Shown piece after piece: positions 43,810 through 54,243 of a stretch of 64,000 nt of DNA (its first letter is position 1; every line of letters starts with the position of its first letter). The notes below the pieces were generated by a model. The model saw nothing but the letters and a program-made list of their open reading frames with translations. It did no database searches and was not told the DNA's origin. The translations under genes and the position numbers were made by a program. This DNA comes from Nitrospirae bacterium GWF2_44_13 (GTDB lineage: Bacteria > Nitrospirota > Thermodesulfovibrionia > Thermodesulfovibrionales > UBA1546). The stretch is from assembly GCA_001805105.1 (NCBI GenBank), contig MHEE01000012.1:171127-235126 (forward strand), written 5' to 3'.

Positions 43810-44822
43810 CTCTCCCAAAATCCCCTGCTCTCAGCGCCAAGCCTCTCCTTAAGCGATTTCCACCACCACTCGTTATCCTTGTACCACTTTATGGTCATCT
43901 CAAGCCCCTCTTCTATCTTTACAGAAGGCCTCCATTTCAACTTGCGCCTTATTTTTGAATTATCAAGAGCATACCTGTAGTCATGCCCCGGCCTGTCTTT
44001 AACAAATTTAATATGCCTTTCACTTTTCCCCATTATTTTAAGAACGCTTCTTGCAAGCTCTATATTTTCAACCTCGCAATTGCCGCCCGCATTATACACT
44101 TCACCTGCCTTGCCGTTATGCATGACGTTGTCAATTGCCGCACAAGTGTCCCCTACAAAACACCAGTCTCTCACATTTTTCCCCTTCCCATAAATAGGAA
44201 CAGGTTTATTCAGCAAGAGATTCGTAATCATAAGGGGAATAAACTTTTCAGGGAACTGGTAATAGCCGTAATTATTTGACGGCCTGACAATTACTACGGG
44301 CAACTTGTAAGTTTCATAATATGCACGTATGAGAAGGTCAGCTGATGCCTTAGACGCCGAATATGGCGAATTGGGCACAAGCATTCTCTTCTCCGTGAAT
44401 TTTCCTTTGCTGCCGAGCGCCCCATACACCTCATCAGTTGAGATATGAACAAATTTCTTCATTGAAACCGTTCTTGTCCGAAAGATGCTGCGCACAGCCT
44501 CAAGTAAAGTATGAGTTCCTAAAACATTTGTAGTCAGAAAAGGAGATGAATTCTGGATGGATCTGTCAACATGCGTCTCTGCGGCAAAGTTTACGATATA
44601 GTCTGCATCGCCGAGCATATTTACAACAAGATTCTTATCCTCAATTCTTCCACGGAAAAAATGATACCTTTTATTTCCTTTTATATCTCTTAGATTCTCT
44701 GGGTTTCCAGCGTATGTCAGGGCGTCTATGTTTACAATCTCATAGTCAGGATACTTCTTCAGGATATACCTGACAAAGTTTGAACCTATAAATCCGCATC
44801 CGCCTGTAACAACTATCTTCAT
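43806..44822 (-). CDS. rfbB: dTDP-glucose 4,6-dehydratase
   Basis: MKIVVTGGCGFIGSNFVRYILKKYPDYEIVNIDALTYAGNPENL, FAAETHVDRS, ISTDEVYG, YSASKASADLL. Confidence 0.9.
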   Translation of the reverse strand: MKIVVTGGCGFIGSNFVRYILKKYPDYEIVNIDALTYAGNPENLRDIKGNKRYHFFRGRIEDKNLVVNMLGDADYIVNFAAETHVDRSIQNSSPFLTTNVLGTHTLLEAVRSIFRTRTVSMKKFVHISTDEVYGALGSKGKFTEKRMLVPNSPYSASKASADLLIRAYYETYKLPVVIVRPSNNYGYYQFPEKFIPLMITNLLLNKPVPIYGKGKNVRDWCFVGDTCAAIDNVMHNGKAGEVYNAGGNCEVENIELARSVLKIMGKSERHIKFVKDRPGHDYRYALDNSKIRRKLKWRPSVKIEEGLEMTIKWYKDNEWWWKSLKERLGAESRGFWER

Positions 44823-44849
44823 TTTCTAAAGGATGCTCCCCTGTCCGAA

Positions 44850-45365
44850 TTATTCAATTTTAAATGGACTATTGAAATCGTTCTCATATCTAACCTCATC
44901 AACTTTCTCTTTTCTATTCCACCCAGCATAAAGTCTATCCGGAAAATTCAAAACCATCGCATCTTTAGAATCGATATTTTTATATGCATGGACCACTCCA
45001 GGCGGCACAACCACTATAAGCCTGTCTGCATTTTCCAATACCTTTTTATTTTTATGCGTGGGCGACCCCTTCCTGTTATCCCACAAATAAAGCCTGAATT
45101 CACCTAAGAAACAAAAATAGTCTGTCTGCTCTCTGTGTTCATGTGGCCCTCTCACAACATCAGGATTGGTGATAGATATGTAGCTCATCGCAGGATAAAA
45201 CTTTGAGTCGTTTTGAATTAGGTTGAGGGTTAGATCGTCTTTCCTGAATAATTCTCCCAGCCACCCGCGATTATCAGCGTAAGTCTCCATTTTTTTGATA
45301 AAAACACCTTCTATGTCGCCGTCCCTAAACATGCCTCTATAATCAGACTTCAACTGTTGAGTCAT
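44850..45365 (-). CDS. rfbC: dTDP-4-dehydrorhamnose 3,5-epimerase-related cupin (short RmlC-type)
   Basis: DNRGWLGELF, VVRGPHEHREQTDYFCFLGEF, DNRKGSPT, VVVPPGVVHAYKN. Positioned between rfbA and rfbB. Confidence 0.65.
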   Translation of the reverse strand: MTQQLKSDYRGMFRDGDIEGVFIKKMETYADNRGWLGELFRKDDLTLNLIQNDSKFYPAMSYISITNPDVVRGPHEHREQTDYFCFLGEFRLYLWDNRKGSPTHKNKKVLENADRLIVVVPPGVVHAYKNIDSKDAMVLNFPDRLYAGWNRKEKVDEVRYENDFNSPFKIE

Positions 45366-46410
45366 CCCCTATCATCAGGCGCAGCGCTCTATGACGAACC
45401 GCATCCCTTATAATTTTTGTGTTTTTACCTACAAGACTGTCTTCAAGCCTTTCAACCCCTGAAAGAAATGCATTGCTGAGAATTACAGAGTGCTCGATAG
45501 AAGAATCTGTTACAGTAACCTCTCTGCCAATGCTTGTAAAAGGGCCTATGAATGAATTCTTAATCTCAGAGCCCTTCCCTATTATAACCGGCCCCCTGAT
45601 AATGCTATTTATCACAGTCGCCCCTTTTTCCACTGTTACCCTTCCAAGTATCTGACTCTTGCTGTCAACCATACCGTTAATCTGCCGCTTTATATATTCA
45701 TCAAGAACTATTGTATTTGCCTGAAGGATGTCGTCTTTTTTGCCTGTATCAAGCCACCAGCCTTTTAAGACTTCACTTTTTACCTTGCCGCCCATGCTTA
45801 TAAGCATCTGTATCGCATCCGTTATTTCAAGCTCGCCTCTGAACGACGGTTTTATCTTATCAATAGCGTCATGTATCATTGCAGTAAATATATAGACGCC
45901 GACAAGCGCAAGATTCGATGGCGGATTTTTAGGTTTTTCTACCAGCTTTATTATATTGCCCTTCCTATCAAGCTTTGCCACGCCAAATTGTTTTGGGTTG
46001 TCCACTTCCTTAAGAAATATCGCGGCGTCAATATGCTGTTTTTTAAATTTCTTAATCGCATCTTTGACCCCATGTGAGAGAAGATTGTCTCCAAGGTACA
46101 TTATAAAATCGTCTTTTCTCAGAAAATTCATAGCTGTCTTTACGGCGTGTGCAAGCCCTGCAGGCTCTGCCTGTAAAATATAAGTTACATTAACACCCCA
46201 CTCCTTCCCATCCTTTACATACTGCTTCACCTCATTTCCTGTTTCAGGTGAGATAATAATGCCTACATCTTTTATCCCTGCATCTTTAATATGCCTGAGA
46301 ACATATCCGAGTATGGGTGTATTTGCTACAGGGACAAGCTGCTTGGCTGTTGTATAGGTCAGCGGCCTGAGCCTTGTACCTTTTCCGCCGCTTAATATCA
46401 ATGCTTTCAT
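45343..46410 (-). CDS. rfbA: Glucose-1-phosphate thymidylyltransferase, long form with C-terminal left-handed beta-helix
   Basis: Trimmed to ATG 46410 (GAAAGGA upstream). MKALILSGGKGTRLRPLTYTTAKQLVPVANTPILGYVL. C-terminal hexapeptide-like repeats. Confidence 0.8.
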   Translation of the reverse strand: MKALILSGGKGTRLRPLTYTTAKQLVPVANTPILGYVLRHIKDAGIKDVGIIISPETGNEVKQYVKDGKEWGVNVTYILQAEPAGLAHAVKTAMNFLRKDDFIMYLGDNLLSHGVKDAIKKFKKQHIDAAIFLKEVDNPKQFGVAKLDRKGNIIKLVEKPKNPPSNLALVGVYIFTAMIHDAIDKIKPSFRGELEITDAIQMLISMGGKVKSEVLKGWWLDTGKKDDILQANTIVLDEYIKRQINGMVDSKSQILGRVTVEKGATVINSIIRGPVIIGKGSEIKNSFIGPFTSIGREVTVTDSSIEHSVILSNAFLSGVERLEDSLVGKNTKIIRDAVRHRALRLMIGDDSTVEV

Positions 46411-46460
46411 GCAACAGTCCTTTCTCTCTGCTCTACGAGTCATAGACAACTTTAACGTTT

Positions 46461-46490
46461 TTGTAAATTTGTTGTATTATACTGTAAAAT
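46461..46490 (+). promoter_or_regulatory. Candidate sigma70-type promoter in the 102-bp divergent intergenic region
   Basis: TTGTAA (46461-66) - 18 nt - TAAAAT (46485-90). GGAGG at 46504-08 lies 4 nt before ATG 46513. On the opposite strand a perfect TATAAT (46481..46476) could serve the rmlA operon. Confidence 0.25.
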
Positions 46491-46512
46491 ACACAAAATT
46501 TCTGGAGGCAGA

Positions 46513-47484
46513 ATGAGGACTATCGCAGTCACAGGTTGTGCAGGATTTATCGGATGCAAGGTATCGGAAAAGCTGATTGAGGACGGCTATTCTGTCGTCG
46601 GCATTGACAACATTAATGATTATTATGATCCAAGGTTAAAGGAATGGCGGCTTGAACAGTTGAAAGGAAAAGGCTCAGGCTTTAATTTTTATAAATGTGA
46701 TATAGGCAATTACAATGAAGTCAAAAAAGTATTCGCCAATCACAAAATAGATGCGGTTATCAATCTTGCCGCGAGGGCAGGTGTGCGGGCATCGGTGGAA
46801 GACCCGTGGATATATCTTGATACAAATGTTAAGGGGACATTAAATCTCCTTGAGTGCTGTAAAAACTTCGATACAAAAAAATTCGTACTGGCCTCTACAT
46901 CAAGCATCTATGGGCTTAACAAGATGCCCTTTAAAGAGACCGACAACACAGACCATCCATTAGCTCCGTATTCTGCTACAAAAAAAGGCGCTGAGGCGAT
47001 ATGCCACAGCTATCATTATCTTTCAGGCCTTGACATAAGCATCCCAAGATACTTCACTGTGTACGGACCGGCAGGCAGGCCTGATATGAGCATATTCAGA
47101 TTCATTAAAAACATTGACAACGAAAGGCCCATCCCTGTCTTTGGCAACGGGAAACAAACAAGAGACTTTACCTATATTGACGACATAGCAGACGGAACAA
47201 TAAAATGCCTTCAGCCGTTCGGTTATGAAATCTTTAACTTCGGCAGCGACAAGCCTGTGGAACTGATGTATGTAATAAACCTGATAGAGCAGCGCCTCGG
47301 GAAAAAGGCAGAGATAGAATGGCTGCCTATACACCCGGCAGATGTGCTGGCGACATGGGCAGACATAGAAAAATCAAAAGAGAAACTCGGATGGGAACCG
47401 ACCGTTTCAATAGAAGAAGGCGTACAACATACAGTTGACTGGTATCTAAAGAACAGGGAATTTTTAAACAGGCTTAAAGATTAA
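46513..47484 (+). CDS. NAD-dependent nucleotide-sugar epimerase (UDP-glucuronate 4-epimerase-like); the only plus-strand gene
   Basis: MRTIAVTGCAGFIGCKVSEKLIEDGYSVVGIDNINDYYDPRLKEWRL, YSATKKGAE. Confidence 0.7.
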   Translation: MRTIAVTGCAGFIGCKVSEKLIEDGYSVVGIDNINDYYDPRLKEWRLEQLKGKGSGFNFYKCDIGNYNEVKKVFANHKIDAVINLAARAGVRASVEDPWIYLDTNVKGTLNLLECCKNFDTKKFVLASTSSIYGLNKMPFKETDNTDHPLAPYSATKKGAEAICHSYHYLSGLDISIPRYFTVYGPAGRPDMSIFRFIKNIDNERPIPVFGNGKQTRDFTYIDDIADGTIKCLQPFGYEIFNFGSDKPVELMYVINLIEQRLGKKAEIEWLPIHPADVLATWADIEKSKEKLGWEPTVSIEEGVQHTVDWYLKNREFLNRLKD

Positions 47485-47936
47485 AAATTCTTGTCATTAT
47501 CACAGTCAATAGCAAATGTGTCACCAGTTACCCTCGTGCCTGTATTGCCAGTAGCAACGGCCCTAAAACAAGGAGTTTTATTTCCATAGGTCGGCGGATT
47601 GGTACTAGTGTTAGTAATTTCCTCGTCTCTCACTATTATGTAGCTAAAGCTAAGATCAGCGCCAGGCCTAAATCCTGGTAGTACCGTAGCCGCCTGAATC
47701 AAAGCTACATTACCAAGCTGGTCAGCGCCTGCAACACCTGTTGTAGACGCATACATTGCATTCTCAGCATAGAACTGTTCCTCAAGAAGCCTCAAGGTCT
47801 GAAGATTTGTATATGCCTCTGTCCTTGTAGCGCTCTTCTGCTGACCGATATAAGCAGGGATTGCAATCATTGCAAGGATGCCGATAATAGCAACCACAAT
47901 CAAAAGCTCTGTTAAAGTAAAGCCTTTTTTATTCAT
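47481..47936 (-). CDS. Type IV pilin-like protein (prepilin N-terminal cleavage/methylation domain, C-terminal disulfide loop)
   Basis: Trimmed to ATG 47936 (AGGAGGTG 5 nt upstream). MNKKG|FTLTELLIVVAIIGILAMIAIPAY (G-1, F+1, E+5). Two Cys near the C-terminus (PCFRAV...AIDC). Confidence 0.85.
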   Translation of the reverse strand: MNKKGFTLTELLIVVAIIGILAMIAIPAYIGQQKSATRTEAYTNLQTLRLLEEQFYAENAMYASTTGVAGADQLGNVALIQAATVLPGFRPGADLSFSYIIVRDEEITNTSTNPPTYGNKTPCFRAVATGNTGTRVTGDTFAIDCDNDKNF

Positions 47937-48040
47937 AATCACCTCCTGAAAGTGTTTAAAGTAATTAAAAAACAATCTATCATTTTTAGACAGATTATTA
48001 CTTCCCTGAGTAATACCTTATTTACTATTGCTTCTAAACT

Positions 48041-49168
48041 TCAATTTTTCAACACTTTTTTAAAAGATTCTATTACATAACAGACCTCTGTATTGTCCAG
48101 ACGAGGATAAAGAGGAAGTGAAACTGTTCTTTTCCCTATGTCTTCAGCTACGGGGAAATCTCCTTCTTTATAGCCAAAAGTTTCTCTATAATATTTAAGC
48201 AAGTGAATTGGCCTATAATTGACAGCCACTCCTATACCTCTTTTTTGAAGCTTATGTAAAATTTCATCTCTTTTTTCGGGGCTAACAAGTATTGTAAAGA
48301 GATGTCTTGCATGTTTTGAATTCGAGACAGTCTTTAAAATCTCAATACCTTTTATATCTTTAAAGGCATCTTCATATATCTTCCATATCCTAACTCTTTG
48401 TGACCAAAGCTCCTCAATCCTCTGAAGCTGACCTATGAGCAAAGCAGCCTGAATATTATCCATGTTATATTTCCATCCGAGCACAGGCATATCCCAGTGC
48501 CTATAAATCTTTGTGTATCGGTCTAAGGCAGATTTATCAATGCCGTGCAGCCTTAACATCCTGATTATCTCTGCCTTTTCTGAACTGCTGGTCGTTACGG
48601 TTCCTCCTTCACCCGATGTTATATTCTTTGTTGCATAAAAACTGAAACATGCTGTTTCTGCCAGTTCTCCAACCCTTACTCCATCTCTTTCAGCCTCAAT
48701 TGCATGTGCTGCATCTTCTATGATTACAAGACTGTATTTATCCGCAATAGTTCTTATCTTTTGCATATTGCACATCTGTCCATATAGATGCACTGGCATT
48801 ATCGCCTTTGTTGTTTTCGTTATCGCCGCTTCAATGAGTTCAGCATTTATATTTCCTGTCTCTTTTTCAACATCAACAAATACCGGCGTGGCGCCTGCGT
48901 GAAGGATGGAGTTTGAAGTGGCGCAAAAGCTCATCGGCGTTGTTATGACCTCATCCCCCCTGCCAATGCCGTAAGCAAGAAGGCTCAAATGCAAAGCGGC
49001 AGTACAGCTTGTTACGCCTATGGCATGCTGCGCCTTAAGATATGCGGCAAACGAATTCTCAAACTCCGAAACAACCTGACCTGTCGTCAGGAATATGGAA
49101 TTTAAAACATCAGTCGCTCTCTTTATGTCATCCTGTTCGATGTTATGTTTAAAAAATTCTATTTTCAC
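48041..49168 (-). CDS. DegT/DnrJ/EryC1-family PLP sugar aminotransferase
   Basis: FSFYATKNITSGEGG (Schiff-base Lys present), GDEVITTPMSF, EDAAHA. Confidence 0.85.
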   Translation of the reverse strand: MKIEFFKHNIEQDDIKRATDVLNSIFLTTGQVVSEFENSFAAYLKAQHAIGVTSCTAALHLSLLAYGIGRGDEVITTPMSFCATSNSILHAGATPVFVDVEKETGNINAELIEAAITKTTKAIMPVHLYGQMCNMQKIRTIADKYSLVIIEDAAHAIEAERDGVRVGELAETACFSFYATKNITSGEGGTVTTSSSEKAEIIRMLRLHGIDKSALDRYTKIYRHWDMPVLGWKYNMDNIQAALLIGQLQRIEELWSQRVRIWKIYEDAFKDIKGIEILKTVSNSKHARHLFTILVSPEKRDEILHKLQKRGIGVAVNYRPIHLLKYYRETFGYKEGDFPVAEDIGKRTVSLPLYPRLDNTEVCYVIESFKKVLKN

Positions 49169-49171
49169 TTT

Positions 49172-50200
49172 CTAATACCAGATAATATTCCCCTTTTTAT
49201 CTTTTACAGGCACCTTTCGCATTGAAACCTGCTTCTCCCACATTGCCTTGTTATTTTTATACCATTCTATCGTCCTCTTAAGCCCATCTTCAAAACCGAC
49301 ATTAGTCCTGAAACTCACAGTATTCGCTATTTTATCAGTGGACGATATGTGTTTTTCAACCTGCCCAAATCTTTCTTCCATGAACTCAAGTCGACTTTCG
49401 TCAAGCCCGAACACATCACATATCATTTCAGCAATCTTAAGGACACTTATGCTTTTACCGCTTCCTGCATTGAAAACCTCTCCCTTTACCTTATCAATCG
49501 GCGCATGAACAGCTTTATCCACAGCCTCGGCAGTATCATCAACAAAAACCCAGTCCCTTTCAGCAGTACCGTCGCCATGTATGGTCAAAGGCTCTCCAAG
49601 CAAAGCACTTGTTATAAACCTCGGGATTACCTTCTCAAGATGCTGCGAAGGGCCGTAATTATTGAACGGCCGTATAATGACACCCGGTATATCATAAGAG
49701 ACTACATAAGAATGGACAAGCCTGTCAGCTCCAGCCTTTGCGGCAGCATACGGCGTTGTAGGATTTAATGGGTGGTCTTCATCCATAGGCTCATAAAGAG
49801 CTGAGCCGTAAACCTCGGATGTTGAGATGTGGATAAATCTCTCTATTCTGTCAACATGCTTTAAAACAGCATTTGCTACAGATTGAGTTCCCAGAACATC
49901 GGTAACAAAAAAGACCCTGTTAAGATAGAGGGAGCGGGCAACATGTGTTTCTGCTGCAAAATGTACAACTACATCAGACCTGCCCACAAGGTCGCTTACA
50001 AGGTCAAGGTTGTTTACATCACCGTACCAGAATTCAAATCTCTCTGAATTCCTGCTCTCAAGAGGAATATTTTCTATATTCCCTGCATAAGTTAAGGCAT
50101 CAAGGACGATTATTTTATAGCCGCTATATTTTTTGAATATGTGCCTGACGAAATTACTTCCAATAACCCCCGCCCCGCCTGTAACAAGAATTGTTTTCAT
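49172..50200 (-). CDS. NDP-hexose 4,6-dehydratase (RfbB-like, second copy)
   Basis: MKTILVTGGAGVIGSNFVRHIFKKYSGYKIIVLDALTYAGNIENI, FAAETHVARS, ISTSEVYG, YAAAKAGADRL. Confidence 0.75.
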   Translation of the reverse strand: MKTILVTGGAGVIGSNFVRHIFKKYSGYKIIVLDALTYAGNIENIPLESRNSERFEFWYGDVNNLDLVSDLVGRSDVVVHFAAETHVARSLYLNRVFFVTDVLGTQSVANAVLKHVDRIERFIHISTSEVYGSALYEPMDEDHPLNPTTPYAAAKAGADRLVHSYVVSYDIPGVIIRPFNNYGPSQHLEKVIPRFITSALLGEPLTIHGDGTAERDWVFVDDTAEAVDKAVHAPIDKVKGEVFNAGSGKSISVLKIAEMICDVFGLDESRLEFMEERFGQVEKHISSTDKIANTVSFRTNVGFEDGLKRTIEWYKNNKAMWEKQVSMRKVPVKDKKGNIIWY

Positions 50201-50231
50201 AATAAAGCCTCCTTAACAGATAATTGCTGCT

Positions 50232-51809
50232 TTATAATGCATCAGATGAATCCATTGTTTTATACATTAAAGCAATAGGCTCATTCTGGAATGATATAAT
50301 ACTTTCTAATCTATAGCCCAAGCTTTTGGCATAATTGGAATCGTTAAGCATACGCATCCATATCATATCCTTATATGGGACATACATCTTTCCGGATAAT
50401 ATCACATATGAAGGCTTCAACGTTTGGCTTATTGTTTTAAGCGTATCAAGATCATACGGAAGCCATATAGCCTTTCTATCAGCATACCATGCCAGTTCCC
50501 ACGGCATATCTGTCAAGATAAGAGTATCTTTTTCCGTCAATTTCTCAACCTGTTTACCCATTGATATGAACGGATTTATCGGTTTGGGACTTTTCCAGTA
50601 CGGCATTGCAGTAAAAGCAAAGGCTATCAGCCCGAATGACAATACAATCGGGCTGTATTTTTTTAAAAGATCATCAACGTTAATCACGGAAACAATCATC
50701 ATTATTGGAAAAAAGAACATGTAATAATACGGCACAGGCCCCATCGGAAGGAGTAAAGCAGTCTGCACAATAATTCCCACGATAGTAATAATCCTCAACA
50801 TGCGCACCCGGGAATTTTTTAAAGGCATAAAAAATGTTACTCCTGTCAGCAATAAGACAACAGGGGTGTAAAAATCCACCGAGTTCTCTAAAAGCCTCCA
50901 AAACCACTGATAGCTCTTTGATATCATCTCCCCGGGATGGCTCATGACGAACATGATGGGGTTAATATCGCTTATTTGTGTCCATACTGAATAAGTCGGG
51001 AAGCTTTTTGTGAACAACAAAAAACTATAGCCATACAATGAAAAGAAAGGATTCCCAATGATACTGTAGTTTCTGACAAGATGCGGCGTGATTCCTATCA
51101 TGAAACCAATTGACAGTTTTCCTGCATCAAGAAATCTTTCTCTTAGATTTTGTTTTCCGTGAAAAATATACATCAGGAAAAAAGCGATAAAGACAAACTG
51201 GGTATTTGCCCTCACGAGTTGTAAGAGACCGAGCATAATTCCGTAAATCAGGGGTCTGCATGGATATTTGATATAGAAATAAAAAAAAGCGACATAAAGC
51301 GACGAATACATAATATTGGGCTCAGCCTGCAGGCTGTGGTCAAGAAAGCACTTCATGCACGAAACCAGCAATGCGGCTATTAGGCTTATAACCGTATTTT
51401 TGGAAAGCTCATATGCAAGGAAATAAACTAAAATAATCAGAGCAACAAAAAAAACACCATTTAAAAAAACAACAGTAAAGTCTGACTGACCAAATATTTT
51501 AAAGGATAATCCTAAGATGTAAGGGTAACCTATCATTCGGGTGATTTCAGGCTGAGGAAGGGTTTTAAAAAAACGGTATGCAAGGGGCCTCAATACAGAT
51601 GTGGAATAACCATTCCCTTCATTAACATTTTTTGCCAGTTGAGCATAATCATGGCTGTCATTTATGACAAAACCATTAAAATGCAAGGCATAGTTTGCAT
51701 ACCATATTGCAACAGCAATTAAAAAAACAAGGATTAAGCCTAATTTAAAGGATAATCTAATTGAATATTCTAAATTTTCTTTTTGAAGATTCTCTTGACT
51801 CTGTTCCAT
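50232..51809 (-). CDS. GT-C-type polytopic glycosyltransferase (ArnT/PMT_2-like)
   Basis: Start set to ATG 51809 (AAGGA upstream); the track start at 51899 would overlap the upstream gene by 130 nt. First periplasmic loop INDSHDYAQLAKNVNEGNGYSTSVLRPL is typical of ArnT/GT39-83-type enzymes. About 12 TM helices plus a C-terminal soluble domain. Confidence 0.55.
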   Translation of the reverse strand: MEQSQENLQKENLEYSIRLSFKLGLILVFLIAVAIWYANYALHFNGFVINDSHDYAQLAKNVNEGNGYSTSVLRPLAYRFFKTLPQPEITRMIGYPYILGLSFKIFGQSDFTVVFLNGVFFVALIILVYFLAYELSKNTVISLIAALLVSCMKCFLDHSLQAEPNIMYSSLYVAFFYFYIKYPCRPLIYGIMLGLLQLVRANTQFVFIAFFLMYIFHGKQNLRERFLDAGKLSIGFMIGITPHLVRNYSIIGNPFFSLYGYSFLLFTKSFPTYSVWTQISDINPIMFVMSHPGEMISKSYQWFWRLLENSVDFYTPVVLLLTGVTFFMPLKNSRVRMLRIITIVGIIVQTALLLPMGPVPYYYMFFFPIMMIVSVINVDDLLKKYSPIVLSFGLIAFAFTAMPYWKSPKPINPFISMGKQVEKLTEKDTLILTDMPWELAWYADRKAIWLPYDLDTLKTISQTLKPSYVILSGKMYVPYKDMIWMRMLNDSNYAKSLGYRLESIISFQNEPIALMYKTMDSSDAL

Positions 51810-53296
51810 AACATCCTTGCCGTAACATTTATAAATCGGAAAGCTAAATAGAAGAAAGCCCTGCCCATTTTTAAAATCTCGCCAATGGATAAATACCATT
51901 TGCTGGAAAGTTTTATAACATTGCCGCCTGCTACTGATTGTGTAAATAACAGCTTTAATCCACTGAAGCTTAGGTAATAGGATAAGTTAGCCCACATCGT
52001 ATCGAAAATGAGTTCAATCCTGTCGTTTCCCTCAGGAACGTAGGGAATATCGTCGCTTTCCCACATGTATTGAACTCCGAAGTTCTCCCAATTCCCTTTG
52101 ATAAGGATTTTACCTTCAGGCGCGAGCATATTATAGACAGGGGTTCCAGGATATGGAGCAAGGGTATTAAAACGGACTGATGACAATGGAAGAGATTTTA
52201 CTAATTTCATCGCACCCCATCGGTCTCTCCTTGTCTCTGTCGGCAGCCCGAAAATTATTGTAGTTCCGACAGCAATACCTTTTCCGGCTGCCCTTTCTAT
52301 CGCTTCAATAACTTCTCTGACCGTTTCTCCCTTATTAATAACTTTCATAAGTCTTTCGCTGCTTGTCTCGAGGCCATAATAAATAATCCTGAAGTTGGCT
52401 TCTGCAGCCTTATCAAGTATCTCGTCCGTGGCATTATCTCCGCGCATTGAACCATGAAAAAATGCCTTTTTATATAAACCTTCACTGATAATTGCGTCAC
52501 AAAGCTCTATGAAGTGTTTCTTGTTAACAGAAATATTATCGTCCATAAGAAAAACCGATTTCTGTCTATATTTATTAATTAAAGTGGAGCATTCAGAAAT
52601 TACTCTATCAACAGAATGAAAACGATATTTTCGTCCTGAAATGCTCCTCGCAGAACAGAATGTGCAGCCATAAGGGCATCCTCTTGAGCCGAACACCCCG
52701 GAAAAGTTTGGATATTTATCAAGATGCTTTTCAAATAAATGATACGGAAATGGAGGGATATCATCAAGATTCTCAATTAAAGGCCTGCTGGGGTTGTGAA
52801 CAGGGCTGCCATTATTATTGTAGGAGATTCCAAGTATATGCCTAAAGTCTTTTCCGTTAAGTATCAAAGCAATAAGTTCTTTTACAGTCTCTTCCCCTTC
52901 TCCTCTTACAACAACATCAACGCCTTTTCTGAACAGCACTTCTTCAGGAACGACTGTGGGATGTATCCCGCCAAAGACAATTTTTGATTTGGGGTCAAGC
53001 ATCTTAACCTTCTCTGCTAATTCATAAGCCCTGCCGCTGTTTAAGGTCAAAACACTCAGGCCGATAACCCGAGGTTTGCGTAGAGCATATATTGTTTCAA
53101 ATAATAGATTATCGTTAAGAGGGGTTACTTGTTCATCAATGATATTCACATGTTCAATACCTGATGCCATTAAATAGCCGGCAAGGACACCAATGCTTGT
53201 GGGGAACGAAATATTTATAAGGGCGTTAATCCTCTTGTTTTGAGAATAGTCGCTTATTTTAGGATTGATTAATAAGATATTTGTCTCCAATATCAC
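51770..53296 (-). CDS. B12-binding-domain radical SAM enzyme
   Basis: VFGGIHPT, VRGEGEETVKELI, VFGSRGCPYGCTFC. 4-nt overlap with the upstream GT2. Confidence 0.8.
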   Translation of the reverse strand: MILETNILLINPKISDYSQNKRINALINISFPTSIGVLAGYLMASGIEHVNIIDEQVTPLNDNLLFETIYALRKPRVIGLSVLTLNSGRAYELAEKVKMLDPKSKIVFGGIHPTVVPEEVLFRKGVDVVVRGEGEETVKELIALILNGKDFRHILGISYNNNGSPVHNPSRPLIENLDDIPPFPYHLFEKHLDKYPNFSGVFGSRGCPYGCTFCSARSISGRKYRFHSVDRVISECSTLINKYRQKSVFLMDDNISVNKKHFIELCDAIISEGLYKKAFFHGSMRGDNATDEILDKAAEANFRIIYYGLETSSERLMKVINKGETVREVIEAIERAAGKGIAVGTTIIFGLPTETRRDRWGAMKLVKSLPLSSVRFNTLAPYPGTPVYNMLAPEGKILIKGNWENFGVQYMWESDDIPYVPEGNDRIELIFDTMWANLSYYLSFSGLKLLFTQSVAGGNVIKLSSKWYLSIGEILKMGRAFFYLAFRFINVTARMLWNRVKRIFKKKI

Positions 53297-54228
53297 TTCT
53301 CCTTCTTTTCTTCCATGCCAATAAAATCTTTAACAATAAAAGGAGGCCTTCTCCTTGATTCATCAAAGTTGCGCCAGAGGTATTCTCCTAATACTCCAAG
53401 CAATATCATTTGGACTCCCGATACTAAAAGAAGAACAACCATAAGAGATGTCCAGCCCTCTATAGTTTTAGAATAAAACAGCCGCGCAGCAATGACAATT
53501 AATGCATATATAAAACCTGTAAAAGCTATTGTTATCCCCAAAAAGGACATAACTCTCAAGGGGTAATAAGAAAATGATACAAAGGTATCTATAAACAGTT
53601 TAATTTTCTTGCCTAATGTCCATTTTGAAGCTCCCTTGTACCTTGCCCCCTTTTTGTAATAAACTACCTTCTGACTGAATCCGCTCCATAGTATAAGACC
53701 GAATATAGATGTGTTTTTTTCTCCCATTGAGATAACAGCATTCACTACTTTCCTGTCAATGAGAAATACATCAGTTCCGCTTTCCGGCATATTCTTAAGC
53801 GCAAACTTTCTTACAAGTCTGTAATATAATCTTTGAAAAAATTGTCCCGAATCTTTCTTCCATTCTCTTACGCCGATCACAACCTCATATCCACTCCGCC
53901 ATTCGTTTATCAATCGGTGAATAAGTTCGGGAGGATCCTGAAGATCAGCGGAAATAAAAGTGCATACATCTCCATTTGAATACATAAGTCCGGCAAGGCA
54001 GGCTGAGTGACTGCCGAAATTTCTTGATAGACTCAAGGCCTTTATACGATTATCTTTTGTTGAGAGTTCTCTTATAATACGGAGAGAACCATCCGAAGAA
54101 CCGTCATCAATAAAAATAAATTCGAAATCATACTCAGCTTGAATTGCTATTTCATTCAATTTCTGATAAAGAACAGAAAGATTTTCCTCTTCATTATATA
54201 TCGGGATAATTACTGATATTAAAGCCAT
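53293..54228 (-). CDS. GT2 polyprenyl-phosphate glycosyltransferase, ArnC/GtrB-like with two C-terminal TM helices
   Basis: ISVIIPIYNEEENL, FIDDGSSDGS, ISADLQDPPELI, RNFGSHSA. C-terminal hydrophobic pair. Confidence 0.8.
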   Translation of the reverse strand: MALISVIIPIYNEEENLSVLYQKLNEIAIQAEYDFEFIFIDDGSSDGSLRIIRELSTKDNRIKALSLSRNFGSHSACLAGLMYSNGDVCTFISADLQDPPELIHRLINEWRSGYEVVIGVREWKKDSGQFFQRLYYRLVRKFALKNMPESGTDVFLIDRKVVNAVISMGEKNTSIFGLILWSGFSQKVVYYKKGARYKGASKWTLGKKIKLFIDTFVSFSYYPLRVMSFLGITIAFTGFIYALIVIAARLFYSKTIEGWTSLMVVLLLVSGVQMILLGVLGEYLWRNFDESRRRPPFIVKDFIGMEEKKEK

Positions 54229-54243
54229 AATAAAATTAATTTA

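Noticed and set aside
47481-47484. Convergent plus-strand epimerase and minus-strand pilin genes share a TTAA stop overlap with no room for terminators
   Set aside because: The observation is real, but compact convergent gene ends are common and no structure or function can be inferred from the sequence alone.
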